From Ignavibacteriales bacterium (lineage in GTDB: Bacteria; Bacteroidota; Ignavibacteria; UBA10030; BY39): a stretch of DNA of 64,000 nt. The notes under the pieces are model-generated. The model did no database searches. It was not told the DNA's origin and saw only the letters and a list, made by a program, of their open reading frames with translations. Positions 8,587 to 18,815 of this stretch are shown here, in pieces; the first letter of the stretch is position 1, and each line of letters opens with the position of its first letter. A program made the position numbers and the translations under genes. The stretch is taken from the NCBI GenBank assembly GCA_037443545.1, contig JBBIOD010000004.1, positions 18,683 to 82,682 on the forward strand. The letters run 5' to 3'.

Positions 8587-11229
8587 CTACAAACTAAACC
8601 AATACGTTGCTTTAATCATAAAAATATTATCGGCATTTGCATCCAACAAGTTTGAAAAATCTCTTCCGAAATTCGTGTTTTCCGGGTCGCTGTTTTCTTC
8701 CCGGCTTTGTGTCCATACAAAAAATAATGTCGAGCCCGGCAAATATTCCCACCTGAATACTGCATTACCGCGAAGCGATTTGAAATTGAATCCTTTCTGA
8801 ATAGTAAATGTTTTTAAAGGGCCTGTCCCGTCGGGGTCAATCAAATAATTTTTGTCCTCATCCCTCACTACTGTCGAGCCGTTCTCACCGTAGTTATTAA
8901 AATCGAATGTGTTTGATCGTGAAAGCTCTTTGATGTTACTGTATTTTCCCACCGTGAAATAGGGTTGGGCATACAACTGTAAACTAAGTGTTGGTGTAAA
9001 CGTCCAGTTTAATCTTATGCTTGCTGAAATTGTTGTTCGATCTAACTTGCCAAATATATATCTCTTCCCGTACGTTGCGAATGCATTTTGGTCGGTTATT
9101 TCACCGAGATACTGAGCGATAGCGTGACTGAAACTGTATTCTGGGGAGAAATTAATATTTATATAAGAAGTTGGTTTCCAGCTCATACCGGTTCCAAAGT
9201 AAGTACCACTGCCCCCAAATTCGTTTTCGTTGTGTCCGGTATAAATATTAAAGACAGTTTGCTTACGTGAGTCGGTAAAACCGGAAATGTTAATTTCATA
9301 ACTCGAAGGTGCAAGCATTTTCGGGCCGCCCCTTGTTCGTTGAATATCGGTAGATTTCGTTGAGTAGAAAACCTGTCCATTGACTCCCCAATAATTTAGA
9401 AAGGTACAATTATATCCGACGAAAAATAATTCCATAGTTTTGTCGCCACCGAAATCATAGCTTCGTGCAGTAGAAATAAAAATCGATTTAGATCTGGAAA
9501 AATTATCCGGTTCATACCATTGATATCCAACGAGTATATGTCCGTTTAGTTGGTCGGCTCTGTAAAGATATCCCAAATCGTTCACATCGAAGGCAGGAGA
9601 TATAAATCCAAAAGCAGAATTGAACATCCAATTACCTTTTTGTTTGTTAAGGGCAAACCTGCCCGCCGAACCGGAGAGCGAAATTGCATTGCTATCCAAC
9701 GTTATATAATTTGCATCGGGCCGCTGGAAGTAACGCTGCGGCGACTTTTGCAGAGATAATATCCTGTCTTTTGTTCCTGCTGCATAACTAAATCCAACCC
9801 ATCCGGTTGTTACCCAAGTTCGATCGTCGTCAAGGAAAAACCAGCCGTCGCTTGCCACAGTATAGTGCCTGCGGTTTAATAATCCGGTTAAATCTTTGTT
9901 CCGCAAGTCTCTCTCGACTGCAGTCAGTAAATAACCGATTCCGTAATAACCGTCGTTAAATTCATACTGTGTCCTGCCGACTCCGTAAAACGCAAGGGGC
10001 TCAACTTCTTCTCTGGTTCGCGCTCTGTCATTTTCTACATCAGCAATTTCCTTTTGAGTTACGGCAGTAAGAATTCCTAACGACTGCTCACTATTAAGTT
10101 TTCCACTAATTTTTGCCGCTCCGAGAATTGTGGTTTGATTAGGGACATTATTAAAACCGTTCAGATATCTTGAGGGAGCTTTCCCTATTCTGCGACTGTA
10201 AAAGAATTGTGGATTACTCCAATTAAAACCCGCATTGTTGTTGGCGCCTCCTCTCCCGAAATTAAAAATGTTCGAGCCTTCGATGAAGAAAGGTCGCTTC
10301 TCGCTGTAATAAGTTTCAAAAGCCGATAGGTTGACTTCGGCAGGGTCAACTTCAACCTGGCCAAAGTCGGGGTTGATAGTTGCATCCACGGTGATGTTGC
10401 TGCCGATCCCGATTTTAAAATCGGCGCCGATATTTTTGGGATAGTTCGTTCCATCGTTAAACGGATCGCCCTTAACAAAATTTTTTGTAAATTCTCCCCC
10501 CGAAACAACGTACGGTGTAATTTCAAATCGTGAAGGGGGAGAAATATTTTTTATTCCGTTTAGGTAAGCAAATCGGGAAACGAATCCGCTTTCCTTCTTT
10601 GGCACCATCACATAAAAATCGCTTTCATTGTTTCGTGCTATCTCTCTTAAAAAATTCACGCCCCAAACATATTCATTCTTTTTTGTAAATCTGAGTTGCG
10701 AATATGGTATCCTCATTTCTACACACCATCCTTGATCATCAATACTTACACCGCGATCCCACACTCCGTCCCACGTATCATCGCTCCACGAATCGTTATA
10801 AAAAGTTCCATCACCGATTGAGCCGACAGGATTTACACCAAAGTAATAGGCTGTTCGTCTGTCGAGGTAAGAATCTATTGAAACGTATAACCAATCAGAT
10901 TTTGGTGAATTGTCACGGCGAGCCAATAGTCCTGTTATCGAATCGGGTGAAGAGTCATACATCCTTGCACTGACATATAAAGCATTATCATCGTAACTAA
11001 TCCAAAATTCTGTGCGTTGAGTAGGTTTTGCTCCTTCTGTTGGTTCACTCTGTATAAAATCATCTAATCCCTTTGTCCGGTAAAGTTCTTCGGACAACTT
11101 TCCATCAATGATTAGTGGATGATTCAATCGGGTAGCGGTAACCGACTTTGATTCTACCGGACTTTGATTAAAGCCGTGTGTTTGTAAAAGAAAAAATAAT
11201 AGAGTAATAAGAATAGCTACAATTTTCAT
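8587..11229 (-). CDS. DUF5916-family large secreted/outer-membrane-associated protein with an N-terminal CBM9-like (DOMON-like) carbohydrate-binding domain
   Basis: Signal peptide MKIVAILITLLFFLLQTHG. The N-terminal …LNHPLIIDGKLSEELYRTKGLDDFIQSEPTEGAKPTQRTEFWISYDDNALYVSARMYD… is CBM9-like. The long beta-rich remainder ends in …ATYWFSL (aromatic C-terminus). Start chosen at the Met preceding the signal peptide. Confidence 0.55.
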   Translation of the reverse strand: MKIVAILITLLFFLLQTHGFNQSPVESKSVTATRLNHPLIIDGKLSEELYRTKGLDDFIQSEPTEGAKPTQRTEFWISYDDNALYVSARMYDSSPDSITGLLARRDNSPKSDWLYVSIDSYLDRRTAYYFGVNPVGSIGDGTFYNDSWSDDTWDGVWDRGVSIDDQGWCVEMRIPYSQLRFTKKNEYVWGVNFLREIARNNESDFYVMVPKKESGFVSRFAYLNGIKNISPPSRFEITPYVVSGGEFTKNFVKGDPFNDGTNYPKNIGADFKIGIGSNITVDATINPDFGQVEVDPAEVNLSAFETYYSEKRPFFIEGSNIFNFGRGGANNNAGFNWSNPQFFYSRRIGKAPSRYLNGFNNVPNQTTILGAAKISGKLNSEQSLGILTAVTQKEIADVENDRARTREEVEPLAFYGVGRTQYEFNDGYYGIGYLLTAVERDLRNKDLTGLLNRRHYTVASDGWFFLDDDRTWVTTGWVGFSYAAGTKDRILSLQKSPQRYFQRPDANYITLDSNAISLSGSAGRFALNKQKGNWMFNSAFGFISPAFDVNDLGYLYRADQLNGHILVGYQWYEPDNFSRSKSIFISTARSYDFGGDKTMELFFVGYNCTFLNYWGVNGQVFYSTKSTDIQRTRGGPKMLAPSSYEINISGFTDSRKQTVFNIYTGHNENEFGGSGTYFGTGMSWKPTSYININFSPEYSFSHAIAQYLGEITDQNAFATYGKRYIFGKLDRTTISASIRLNWTFTPTLSLQLYAQPYFTVGKYSNIKELSRSNTFDFNNYGENGSTVVRDEDKNYLIDPDGTGPLKTFTIQKGFNFKSLRGNAVFRWEYLPGSTLFFVWTQSREENSDPENTNFGRDFSNLLDANADNIFMIKATYWFSL

Positions 11230-11373
11230 ATTGGATTTTCCGATTATTTTAAAATCTAAACTTACTACGACAAGCATAGTAGTTTGTTACAAAATAAAAG
11301 AATAATTTGTTTGGAATATTGTTCAAGATTTAATATATTCAACAAAAAATTATAAACAATTATTGGAGGGAAT

Positions 11374-12213
11374 ATGTTGACAACTCGATTCGTTAAGAAA
11401 TTTACTTTTGTTCTTTTTTTCTTTTTAATGCAAGCGTCGTCGCAGGAAACGTTTAAATTGGAACATAAGTTTGAAGGAGGAAAAACTTACCACTATAAAG
11501 ATATTGTTTCCTCCAAAGTTATACAAGAAATGATGGGCACCGAATCGAGGGTGGATACTAAAAGCGAGTTCGTTCATAAATTAGTTGTTGATTCTGTATC
11601 CGCGAATGGGGATGTGGTGTTAATTATATCTTTCGATTCAGCACGCGTATCGCTTCAACAGAAAAAATTGGACACAACCATCGTTGTGAACGAAATAATA
11701 GGGAAGAGAAAAAAAATTACGTTGTCTAAATTAGGAAAAGTGGAACATAAGGTAGTCATCGACAAAATTAAACTGGGTAAAGATATGACCGGTGAAGTTA
11801 TTAATGAAGCAATTTCTTTCCCGATATTTACAGATAGAGAAATAAAAATTGGAGATAAGTGGACATCAACTTCCATCGATACGGTGGAAATGATGGGAAG
11901 TAAAATGCCACTAAAAACCAATGCCTCATACACGATCGCAAAAAAAGAAACAAAACTCGGACATGAGTGTTTGAAGATAGAATATCAAGCCGAAACCGAA
12001 AGCGAAGGAAAAACAACAATGCAGGGTGTCGAGCTATATATCGAAACTTCTGGAGATATCGAAGGAAATATCTATTTTGATCCGAAAGCGGGTTTGGTTA
12101 TTTATGAAGAAGTTGAAACAGATATATCCACAACTCTGGCAACTACAGGTCCGCAATCGATGATGATACCAATTACGCAAACATCAAAATTAAAGAGAAC
12201 GATTGTGCAGTAA
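11374..12213 (+). CDS. Hypothetical secreted protein (279 aa) with a signal peptide
   Basis: N-terminal FVLFFFLMQASSQ signal. Lys/Glu-rich with no recognisable catalytic motif. Confidence 0.5.
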   Translation: MLTTRFVKKFTFVLFFFLMQASSQETFKLEHKFEGGKTYHYKDIVSSKVIQEMMGTESRVDTKSEFVHKLVVDSVSANGDVVLIISFDSARVSLQQKKLDTTIVVNEIIGKRKKITLSKLGKVEHKVVIDKIKLGKDMTGEVINEAISFPIFTDREIKIGDKWTSTSIDTVEMMGSKMPLKTNASYTIAKKETKLGHECLKIEYQAETESEGKTTMQGVELYIETSGDIEGNIYFDPKAGLVIYEEVETDISTTLATTGPQSMMIPITQTSKLKRTIVQ

Positions 12214-12447
12214 GTCGGATGTATACAAAAATCTGACGAACGAATCGTGATTTGAATAATTCGATGAGACGCCCGATGGGTCGTCTCGCCTTGATATACA
12301 AAACATTTTGATTAAATCGGGACGATGCGATGCACGCACGATAACAATCGGGGGCTCCGCATTCTAACATTCATTGTAGGTCGACGAGTCCCGTCCATCT
12401 ACAGCGCCGCTGTGGCATGTAAACAAAATCCGACATACAAGCACGAA

Positions 12448-12483
12448 TAAAAAAAGCCGATTCCTTTTTCAAGAAATCGGCGC
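12448..12483 (-). terminator. Rho-independent terminator of ackA (GCCGATT…AATCGGC hairpin followed by U7 on the minus strand)
   Basis: Seen on the minus strand: GCCGATTtcttgaaaaaggAATCGGC followed by TTTTTTT, about 50 nt downstream of the ackA stop. Confidence 0.55.
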
Positions 12484-12535
12484 TTCCATAATAACATACT
12501 CCACTGCTCCAATTATCCAATGGTCAAATAATTCC

Positions 12536-13795
12536 TTACCATCTTCTCGGAACATTTTTTACACACCTAACTGTATCGCGTGCAATGAGCAACTCTTCGT
12601 TAGTCGGAATAACATAAGCTTTTAATTTCGATTCGGGTTTTGTTATGATCCCTTCTTTTCCACCGATAGTTTTGTTGTTTGCTTTTTCATCCAATTCTAA
12701 ACCAAAGAACTCTAATCCTTTGCAAATGCGTTTGCGGATTTCAGAACTGTTCTCGCCAATACCACCAGCAAAGACAATCGAATCAGCTCCGTTCATACCG
12801 GCGAGGTAGGCGCCAATATACTTACGAGCACGTCCACAGAAGATATCAATTGCGAGGCGTGCACGGCGGTCTTCGTGTTCTTTTTCTTCGGCGAGCAAAT
12901 CGCGCATATCGTTCGTAAGTCCGGATAAACCTAACAGTCCCGATTGCTTGTTTAATATAGCGTAGATTTCATTCATCGTCATACCTTCCTTGTGATGGAG
13001 GAACTCAATTATCGCAGTGTCCATATCGCCGCCGCGGGTTCCCATAACTAATCCTTCGAGAGGTGTAAGTCCCATTGACGTATCGAATGAATCGCCATTC
13101 TTAATTGCACAGGCTGAGCATCCGTTACCAAGATGAAGCGTAATTATATTAACTTTTTCTCTCTCGATGTTTGCTAATTGTCGGTAGCGGTATGCGATAT
13201 ACCTGTGAGAAGTACCATGGAATCCGTATTTACGGATTTTATGCCTGCGGTACAATTGATATGGAATTGCATACAGGTATGAAGTTTCGGGCATAGTGGA
13301 ATGGAATGCTGTATCGAATACGGCAACTTGCGGAATGCCGGGGCCCAACAGTTCGCGTCCTGCTATAATTCCTTTTAGGTTTGCCGGGTTGTGCAAAGGT
13401 GCCAACTCGATGCAATCTTCGATTCCTTCAATTACTTCGTCGTTAATTAAAGTTGACATCGTAAATTTCTCGGCACCGTGAACCACGCGATGTCCGACCG
13501 CATGAATATCGGCAAGCGAATTAATCCCGTTCAATTTCGATTCGGGTGAAATTATCCATCGTAGAATAAAATCCAACGCCGACCTATGATCGCGAAGAGG
13601 TATTGCCTGTTTTATTTTGGGCTGACCTTCCACTTGTAAAGTAATTAAAGCCTGGCTTCCGATACGTTCTAAGTAGCCACTTGCTATTCGTTTATCTTGA
13701 TTTTTTTCAATGAGCTCTAAATCTGTTTTGATGATTTGAAATTTTACTGACGATGATCCACAGTTTATCACTAAAATATTCATTATTTTCTCCAT
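12536..13795 (-). CDS. ackA: Acetate kinase
   Basis: N-terminal MNILVINCGSSSVKFQI, plus HLGNGCS and VFDTAFH… motifs. The length (~400 aa) fits. Confidence 0.9.
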   Translation of the reverse strand: MEKIMNILVINCGSSSVKFQIIKTDLELIEKNQDKRIASGYLERIGSQALITLQVEGQPKIKQAIPLRDHRSALDFILRWIISPESKLNGINSLADIHAVGHRVVHGAEKFTMSTLINDEVIEGIEDCIELAPLHNPANLKGIIAGRELLGPGIPQVAVFDTAFHSTMPETSYLYAIPYQLYRRHKIRKYGFHGTSHRYIAYRYRQLANIEREKVNIITLHLGNGCSACAIKNGDSFDTSMGLTPLEGLVMGTRGGDMDTAIIEFLHHKEGMTMNEIYAILNKQSGLLGLSGLTNDMRDLLAEEKEHEDRRARLAIDIFCGRARKYIGAYLAGMNGADSIVFAGGIGENSSEIRKRICKGLEFFGLELDEKANNKTIGGKEGIITKPESKLKAYVIPTNEELLIARDTVRCVKNVPRRW

Positions 13796-13863
13796 TTATT
13801 TTTGTTTATCGAAAGGACTCTTGTAAGGTGATGGAGAAAGATAAGAAAATTTTTTGAAGAATG

Positions 13864-15309
13864 CTAAAAAGGTCTACTCATTCTAAAAAATACCCTTACC
13901 GGAGATTTTACATCTGTTTTCCATGCAAAACCCAAATGATATTTCCCATCTCGTGAACCGATTGCAAACCCTAAATCGCTTTTTAATGAATTGATTTGAA
14001 AGGCATCAAACCCCTCAGAAAAAGTAACGTAATCAGCTACGTCGTTAATATAACCGGCGTTGTATAATAAAATTAAATTCATATTACTCAACATTGAAAA
14101 TGGGAACCCCGTATCGTCGCTGAACATTTTCCCATTGACTACATATTCCATATTTGCAAGTAATAACCGGTTACCTCTAAATTCTTTATACATATATGCG
14201 GGGAGGGTGCTTATACCGCCAAGTTCGTATGCACGTTGAACTGGTAAAATCCCATCCGATGTGGCTGCTCTGAACCGGAAATTTATATTATCGTATTTTC
14301 CGATTGGTTGATACCTGCGCACATCAAAAACGTATCTATTGAATTCATAATCGCCTTTAAAAGATTTGCCGGCAAATTCTCCTGTGAACGAGATACTCCA
14401 TCCGGCAAGGTGAAGTTTGCGATCATCTAGCTTGTGCAAATCGACAGCGAGTATCAGACTCTGGATTTTTCCATCGTTTATTTTCGGATTAGTTCGAAAA
14501 GATTTTTTGCTACGGAATAAAGACCAGTTAACATTATTATACAATGAGGCATATTCGTCGTTAAGAAACGAAATTTTAAGTTGCATATCGGCTAATGGGT
14601 TTCGTGTGTAATATCCAACCCAAGTCGAAAAACCTGAACGCAAAAAGTAATCGCGGTAATCGTAGCGGAGTAATATAGCATTAAGAGTGTTTTCCAAATT
14701 TCCAGTAAGCCACTGATCGCGTGTATCTACGAGATTGTGTCCTTCAATTCCAAATTCAAAAAGTCTATCATCGAATCCAAACTGCTGCGAAGCACCGGAT
14801 TGGTATTCCCATTTGTGAACTCCGAATCCATAGCCGATTGACCCAAACAAAGCAAATTTTCTTTCCCTGTCCCAGAAAAATTTGTGCGGCGACTGTATGC
14901 CGAGAAATAATCCTTCAACACGATTATATCGGAAAAGAAATTTATCATATAAATTATCCGTTGTTATTTTTGTTGAGTTATTACGAGGAATTCCGCGATC
15001 GATTGGAAACGCGTATAAGCTAAATCGTTCCGCTTGCGGAAAATTAAACTCTGCCGTTTCTTTTTCGCCGGCGCAACTTTCGTAATCGTTACGGTCGGTT
15101 TCATAATCCTCTTCACCCATTGATTCATCATCGTATATTTTGACTCCTAATTCCCGTTCAATTTGTGCGAAAACATCTTTAACTATGTTGTCAACCCGAT
15201 TTCTGATATTTCTTTTTTTTGTTTCCGACGTGGAGTCTTGTGCAAAACTTTCATTAACCAAAAAGGTAAAAAGGAGTAAGAAAGTGAATAAAGTTGTGGT
15301 TCTTATCAT
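13864..15309 (-). CDS. Omp85-family (bacterial surface antigen D15-like) outer-membrane beta-barrel without recognisable POTRA repeats
   Basis: Signal peptide. Loop-6-like motif …RAYELGGISTLPAYMYKEFRGN…. Amphipathic beta-strand pattern throughout. The C-terminal …VFFRMSRPF ends in Phe. It lies 15 bp downstream of the repeat-protein gene. Confidence 0.55.
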   Translation of the reverse strand: MIRTTTLFTFLLLFTFLVNESFAQDSTSETKKRNIRNRVDNIVKDVFAQIERELGVKIYDDESMGEEDYETDRNDYESCAGEKETAEFNFPQAERFSLYAFPIDRGIPRNNSTKITTDNLYDKFLFRYNRVEGLFLGIQSPHKFFWDRERKFALFGSIGYGFGVHKWEYQSGASQQFGFDDRLFEFGIEGHNLVDTRDQWLTGNLENTLNAILLRYDYRDYFLRSGFSTWVGYYTRNPLADMQLKISFLNDEYASLYNNVNWSLFRSKKSFRTNPKINDGKIQSLILAVDLHKLDDRKLHLAGWSISFTGEFAGKSFKGDYEFNRYVFDVRRYQPIGKYDNINFRFRAATSDGILPVQRAYELGGISTLPAYMYKEFRGNRLLLANMEYVVNGKMFSDDTGFPFSMLSNMNLILLYNAGYINDVADYVTFSEGFDAFQINSLKSDLGFAIGSRDGKYHLGFAWKTDVKSPVRVFFRMSRPF

Positions 15310-15324
15310 AATTTCTCCGTCTAA

Positions 15325-17112
15325 TTATTTGTTATCATCCTCTCTGTAGAGAGTTATTCCCCAATATTGTGCATCTTCCGGCGGGGTATCGTTCCAGCTA
15401 TTGTATGAGTGCGAGTCGTCGGTTAGATACCGCAGGCGGTATTCCCCCTTATCGAGCAAAATTGTTGTGTTCACAATTCTGTTTTTACGGGCGCCGCCGG
15501 CATGAAAACTCATCGAAGCAGTCATTTCCCAAATGATTTTTCCAGTGTTAACATTTTCAATACTACCATAGTCGAACATCTCGTTCCGCTGCCCTTCACC
15601 GATAGAGTAAATTCGGATGCGGGTTGGTTCGTTCAGTTTAAAAGTTTCTGACAGATTTGCATTGTCGCGAACACGTACAATTTGGGCGATAATATTTTTG
15701 TCCCGTTCCGGTGTAAATTTATCGACCGCACTTTTTTCGAAATTATTTTCAACAGCATAGATTGTAATTCCCCAGTGCTCTTGATCGTAGGGGGGCGAAA
15801 CGTTCCAGTCGTTATAAGAATGAGAATCATCGCTTTGAAAATTAACTATGTAATTCCCTTTTACGAGATGAACAATTTCGTCGATCATTCTATTTTTTGT
15901 TCCGCCTCCTGCGTGAACAGTTTTATCTACGTTCATTTCCCAAACTTTTTCTCTCGTCTGTGCATTAATAATCCAGCCGTAATCTGCCATTCGCCGCCGC
16001 GAGGAATATCTTTCGCCGATTGCATATATCCGCACATCCATATCTTGTTTGAGTGTAAATCCTTCACTGCGATTTTCGTTGTTGCCTAGTTTCGTAATTG
16101 CGGTAATTACATTTTTCTCGTCGTTGTAAGTAAACAGGTTAAACGAATTTCGGTCGGCTTCCGATTGTCCCATCAATGTGATGCCGTAGTTTAATGGGTC
16201 GTATGGTGGCGCTTCATTCCAATCAATGTATGAGTGAGAATCGTCAGTGAAATAATAGACAACATATTTACCCGGATTGAGATTAACAGTTCCATCGAAT
16301 TTTAAATTTTTATCGGCGCCGCCTGCTTTTGTTGTATTGCTTTGTTTCATTTCCCATATCCGTTTACGCGTATTTACATCAATTATAAATCCGAAGTCGG
16401 AAAGGCCTTCTCGTCGCACTCCTTCGCCTAAAGCGTAAATATGAATTGCGACAGGTTTATCTAAAACGAAGCCTTGTTGTACGTATTCATTCTCACCTAA
16501 CCCGATTGATTTGTAGAGGACGTACGAAAAATCTTGAGGTGGATTAAACAATGATATTTCAGCCCGTTCATCTGCTAATAATTCGATGCCCCAGTTTTTA
16601 GAATTTTTCATCCACTCTCTGAAGATATCAACACCGAACCAGTCTTCTATCCATGAGGCTATCCAATCGTGCCTGGATCCAATACTTATAATGTCACCGC
16701 TTTTTCTGTGGTCGATATTAGCCCGGATATTTGTAAATGTCGATTGATAACCGAAATACGTTGCAGCGAAATAAACTTCGTACGATCCTTTTGGCAGCGT
16801 AATATAGTCATCACACTTCCTATTGGTGCCGGTTAAACTCGTGTTATCGCGCGTCATCAGCCAAACTTTTTCGCGTGTGTCCGAATTAATAATCCAGCCA
16901 TATGCGAACAACTTGTCGCGATAGTCTCGTTTTTTTTCTGACGCAGCGCCTCTTGCTTTGACGTGAATTGTAGTTTGATCATTCAGCTTAAAGCCGCCCG
17001 ATTTTAATTCAGTGCGGCTAAAATCTTTTAACTCAATGAAAGTTTTTTCACCACAGATTATAAAACCTGTGGTTAACAGCGAAAAAAAAGCTATAACGAT
17101 AAATTTATACAT
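15325..17112 (-). CDS. Secreted protein built from 4 tandem ~110-aa repeats of an uncharacterised domain
   Basis: Signal peptide MYKFIVIAFFSLLTTGFIICG. Repeats share DYG(W/F)II…T(R/G)(E/K)K(I/V)WEM…HAGG..KN…G.Y…DDSHSY..WN..PP.D..WGIT(L/I)Y. The first copy is degenerate. Confidence 0.7.
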   Translation of the reverse strand: MYKFIVIAFFSLLTTGFIICGEKTFIELKDFSRTELKSGGFKLNDQTTIHVKARGAASEKKRDYRDKLFAYGWIINSDTREKVWLMTRDNTSLTGTNRKCDDYITLPKGSYEVYFAATYFGYQSTFTNIRANIDHRKSGDIISIGSRHDWIASWIEDWFGVDIFREWMKNSKNWGIELLADERAEISLFNPPQDFSYVLYKSIGLGENEYVQQGFVLDKPVAIHIYALGEGVRREGLSDFGFIIDVNTRKRIWEMKQSNTTKAGGADKNLKFDGTVNLNPGKYVVYYFTDDSHSYIDWNEAPPYDPLNYGITLMGQSEADRNSFNLFTYNDEKNVITAITKLGNNENRSEGFTLKQDMDVRIYAIGERYSSRRRMADYGWIINAQTREKVWEMNVDKTVHAGGGTKNRMIDEIVHLVKGNYIVNFQSDDSHSYNDWNVSPPYDQEHWGITIYAVENNFEKSAVDKFTPERDKNIIAQIVRVRDNANLSETFKLNEPTRIRIYSIGEGQRNEMFDYGSIENVNTGKIIWEMTASMSFHAGGARKNRIVNTTILLDKGEYRLRYLTDDSHSYNSWNDTPPEDAQYWGITLYREDDNK

Positions 17113-17475
17113 AAGAGTTACCCAGTTCTAATTTCTTTATTGCTTTACGATAATTAGCCGATTTGGTTTCGTTACAGTCATAATCGTAAAATAAATTACC
17201 TCAAATCGGGAAAACTATTGTATATTCTGCAAAATTCGGTTAAGAAACCATGTTTTTGTTGTTTTATTACAAATTTGTATGAAAATTAAAACGGCAGAAA
17301 ATATTTTTAATTTATTTGACACAGCAGCTCTTGCTACCGATTCACTGCTTATCGTTATCTATTGTAATAACGCTTTTTTGAGATGTATAAAACCAAACAT
17401 GCTGATGATTTTGGGAAAAAATAGATTAAGCTCACTTTTTAGGAATAGAGAAATTATGGAAGCGTTTAAAGACCA

Positions 17476-17510
17476 AAAACCCCGATTTCAAATTTGAAAA
17501 CGGGGTTTTT
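17476..17510. terminator. Perfect bidirectional rho-independent terminator (AAAAACCCCG…CGGGGTTTTT)
   Basis: 9-bp G/C-rich stem with A5/T5 tails on both sides, 20 nt 3' of the icd stop. Confidence 0.7.
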
Positions 17511-17530
17511 CAACGATAGGGTGTGGTACG

Positions 17531-18781
17531 TTACATATTATTTATCATCGCATCGCCAAACTCAGAGCATTTAACTTCAGTGGCGCCTTCCATCAATCTG
17601 GCGAAGTCGTATGTAACAACTTTCGATTTGATAGTTTGCTCTAATGCTTTTATGATTAAATCGGCTGCTTCATTCCACCCCATATAACGGAACATCATTT
17701 CGCCGCTTAATATAACCGAGCCCGGATTTACTTTATCAAGCCCTGTATATTTTGGTGCTGTGCCGTGTGTTGCTTCGAAAACAGCGTAACCGTTCGTGTA
17801 ATTGATATTTCCCCCCGGTGCAATTCCAATTCCACCAACTTGCGCAGCAAGTGCATCCGACAAATAGTCGCCGTTTAAATTCAATGTTGCAATTACATCA
17901 AACTCGTCTGGTCTTGTAAGTATTTGTTGTAAGAAGGCGTCGGCGATAGCATCCTTCACTAATAATTTGTTTCCTGAATTTCCATTACAATCGTCCCATC
18001 CGACAGCAACATCTGAGAACTCTTCTTTAACAAGTTCGTAACCCCATTCGCGGAATCCACCTTCTGTATATTTTTGTATGTTTCCTTTATGAACGAATGT
18101 AACCGATTTACGCTTGTTCTCAATGGCATATCTAATTGCTGCGCGAATCAAACGCTTCGATCCTTCAATCGATACTGGTTTGATTCCGATGCTCGAAGTT
18201 TCGGGGAAACGAATTTTAGTTACACCCATTTCTTTTTGTAAAAAGTCGATTAACTTTTTTACTTCAGGTGTTCCTACTTTCCATTCGATTCCCGCGTAAA
18301 TATCTTCTGTGTTTTCACGGAAGATAACCATATCGATCTGATTAGGATTTTTAACCGGCGATGGAACTCCATTAAAATATCTGACTGGTCTTAAACAAAC
18401 GTACAAATCGAGGAGTTGCCGCAATGCAACATTGATTGAACGGAATCCACCGCCAATCGGAGTTGTTAGAGGTCCTTTAATTCCAATAATGTTTTCTTTA
18501 ATTGCTTCCAAAGTATCGTTGGGCAACCAAGTATTCGGTCCGTATATTTCGTTCGATTTATCACCGGCATATACTTCGAACCAAACTATTTTACGTTTTC
18601 GGTTGTATGCTTTTTCTACTGCCGCATCCAGCACTCGAACTGAAGCACGCCAGATATCTGAACCTGTACCATCACCCTCGATAAAAGGTATTATAGGATT
18701 ATCGGGTATGTTTAGTTTTCCATTTGTGACTGTTATTTTTTGTCCCTCTTTTGGGGGGATTAATTTTTGATAATTTACCAC
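17531..18781 (-). CDS. icd: NADP-dependent isocitrate dehydrogenase (prokaryotic ~416-aa type)
   Basis: …[29 protein letters not shown]… and [10 protein letters not shown]…. The length and motifs match E. coli-type IDH. Confidence 0.9.
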   Translation of the reverse strand: MVNYQKLIPPKEGQKITVTNGKLNIPDNPIIPFIEGDGTGSDIWRASVRVLDAAVEKAYNRKRKIVWFEVYAGDKSNEIYGPNTWLPNDTLEAIKENIIGIKGPLTTPIGGGFRSINVALRQLLDLYVCLRPVRYFNGVPSPVKNPNQIDMVIFRENTEDIYAGIEWKVGTPEVKKLIDFLQKEMGVTKIRFPETSSIGIKPVSIEGSKRLIRAAIRYAIENKRKSVTFVHKGNIQKYTEGGFREWGYELVKEEFSDVAVGWDDCNGNSGNKLLVKDAIADAFLQQILTRPDEFDVIATLNLNGDYLSDALAAQVGGIGIAPGGNINYTNGYAVFEATHGTAPKYTGLDKVNPGSVILSGEMMFRYMGWNEAADLIIKALEQTIKSKVVTYDFARLMEGATEVKCSEFGDAMINNM

Positions 18782-18815
18782 TGTAACTCCGTTGAATGAT
18801 ATTTATGATAGTTAG

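Noticed and set aside
12340-12410. GGGGGCTCCGC…GGTCGACGAGTCCCGTCC looked superficially like a tmRNA/tRNA-like 5' end and T-arm
   Set aside because: The spacing between the GGGG and the TTCGACG-like element is wrong. The putative T-loop is 5 nt. No acceptor stem or CCA-proximal partner can be formed. A 350-nt tmRNA would run into ackA.
17279-17497. 72-aa ORF in the gap between the repeat-protein gene and icd
   Set aside because: No Shine-Dalgarno sequence. Low-complexity AT-rich sequence in a promoter region. It ends inside the bidirectional terminator. It most likely arises by chance.
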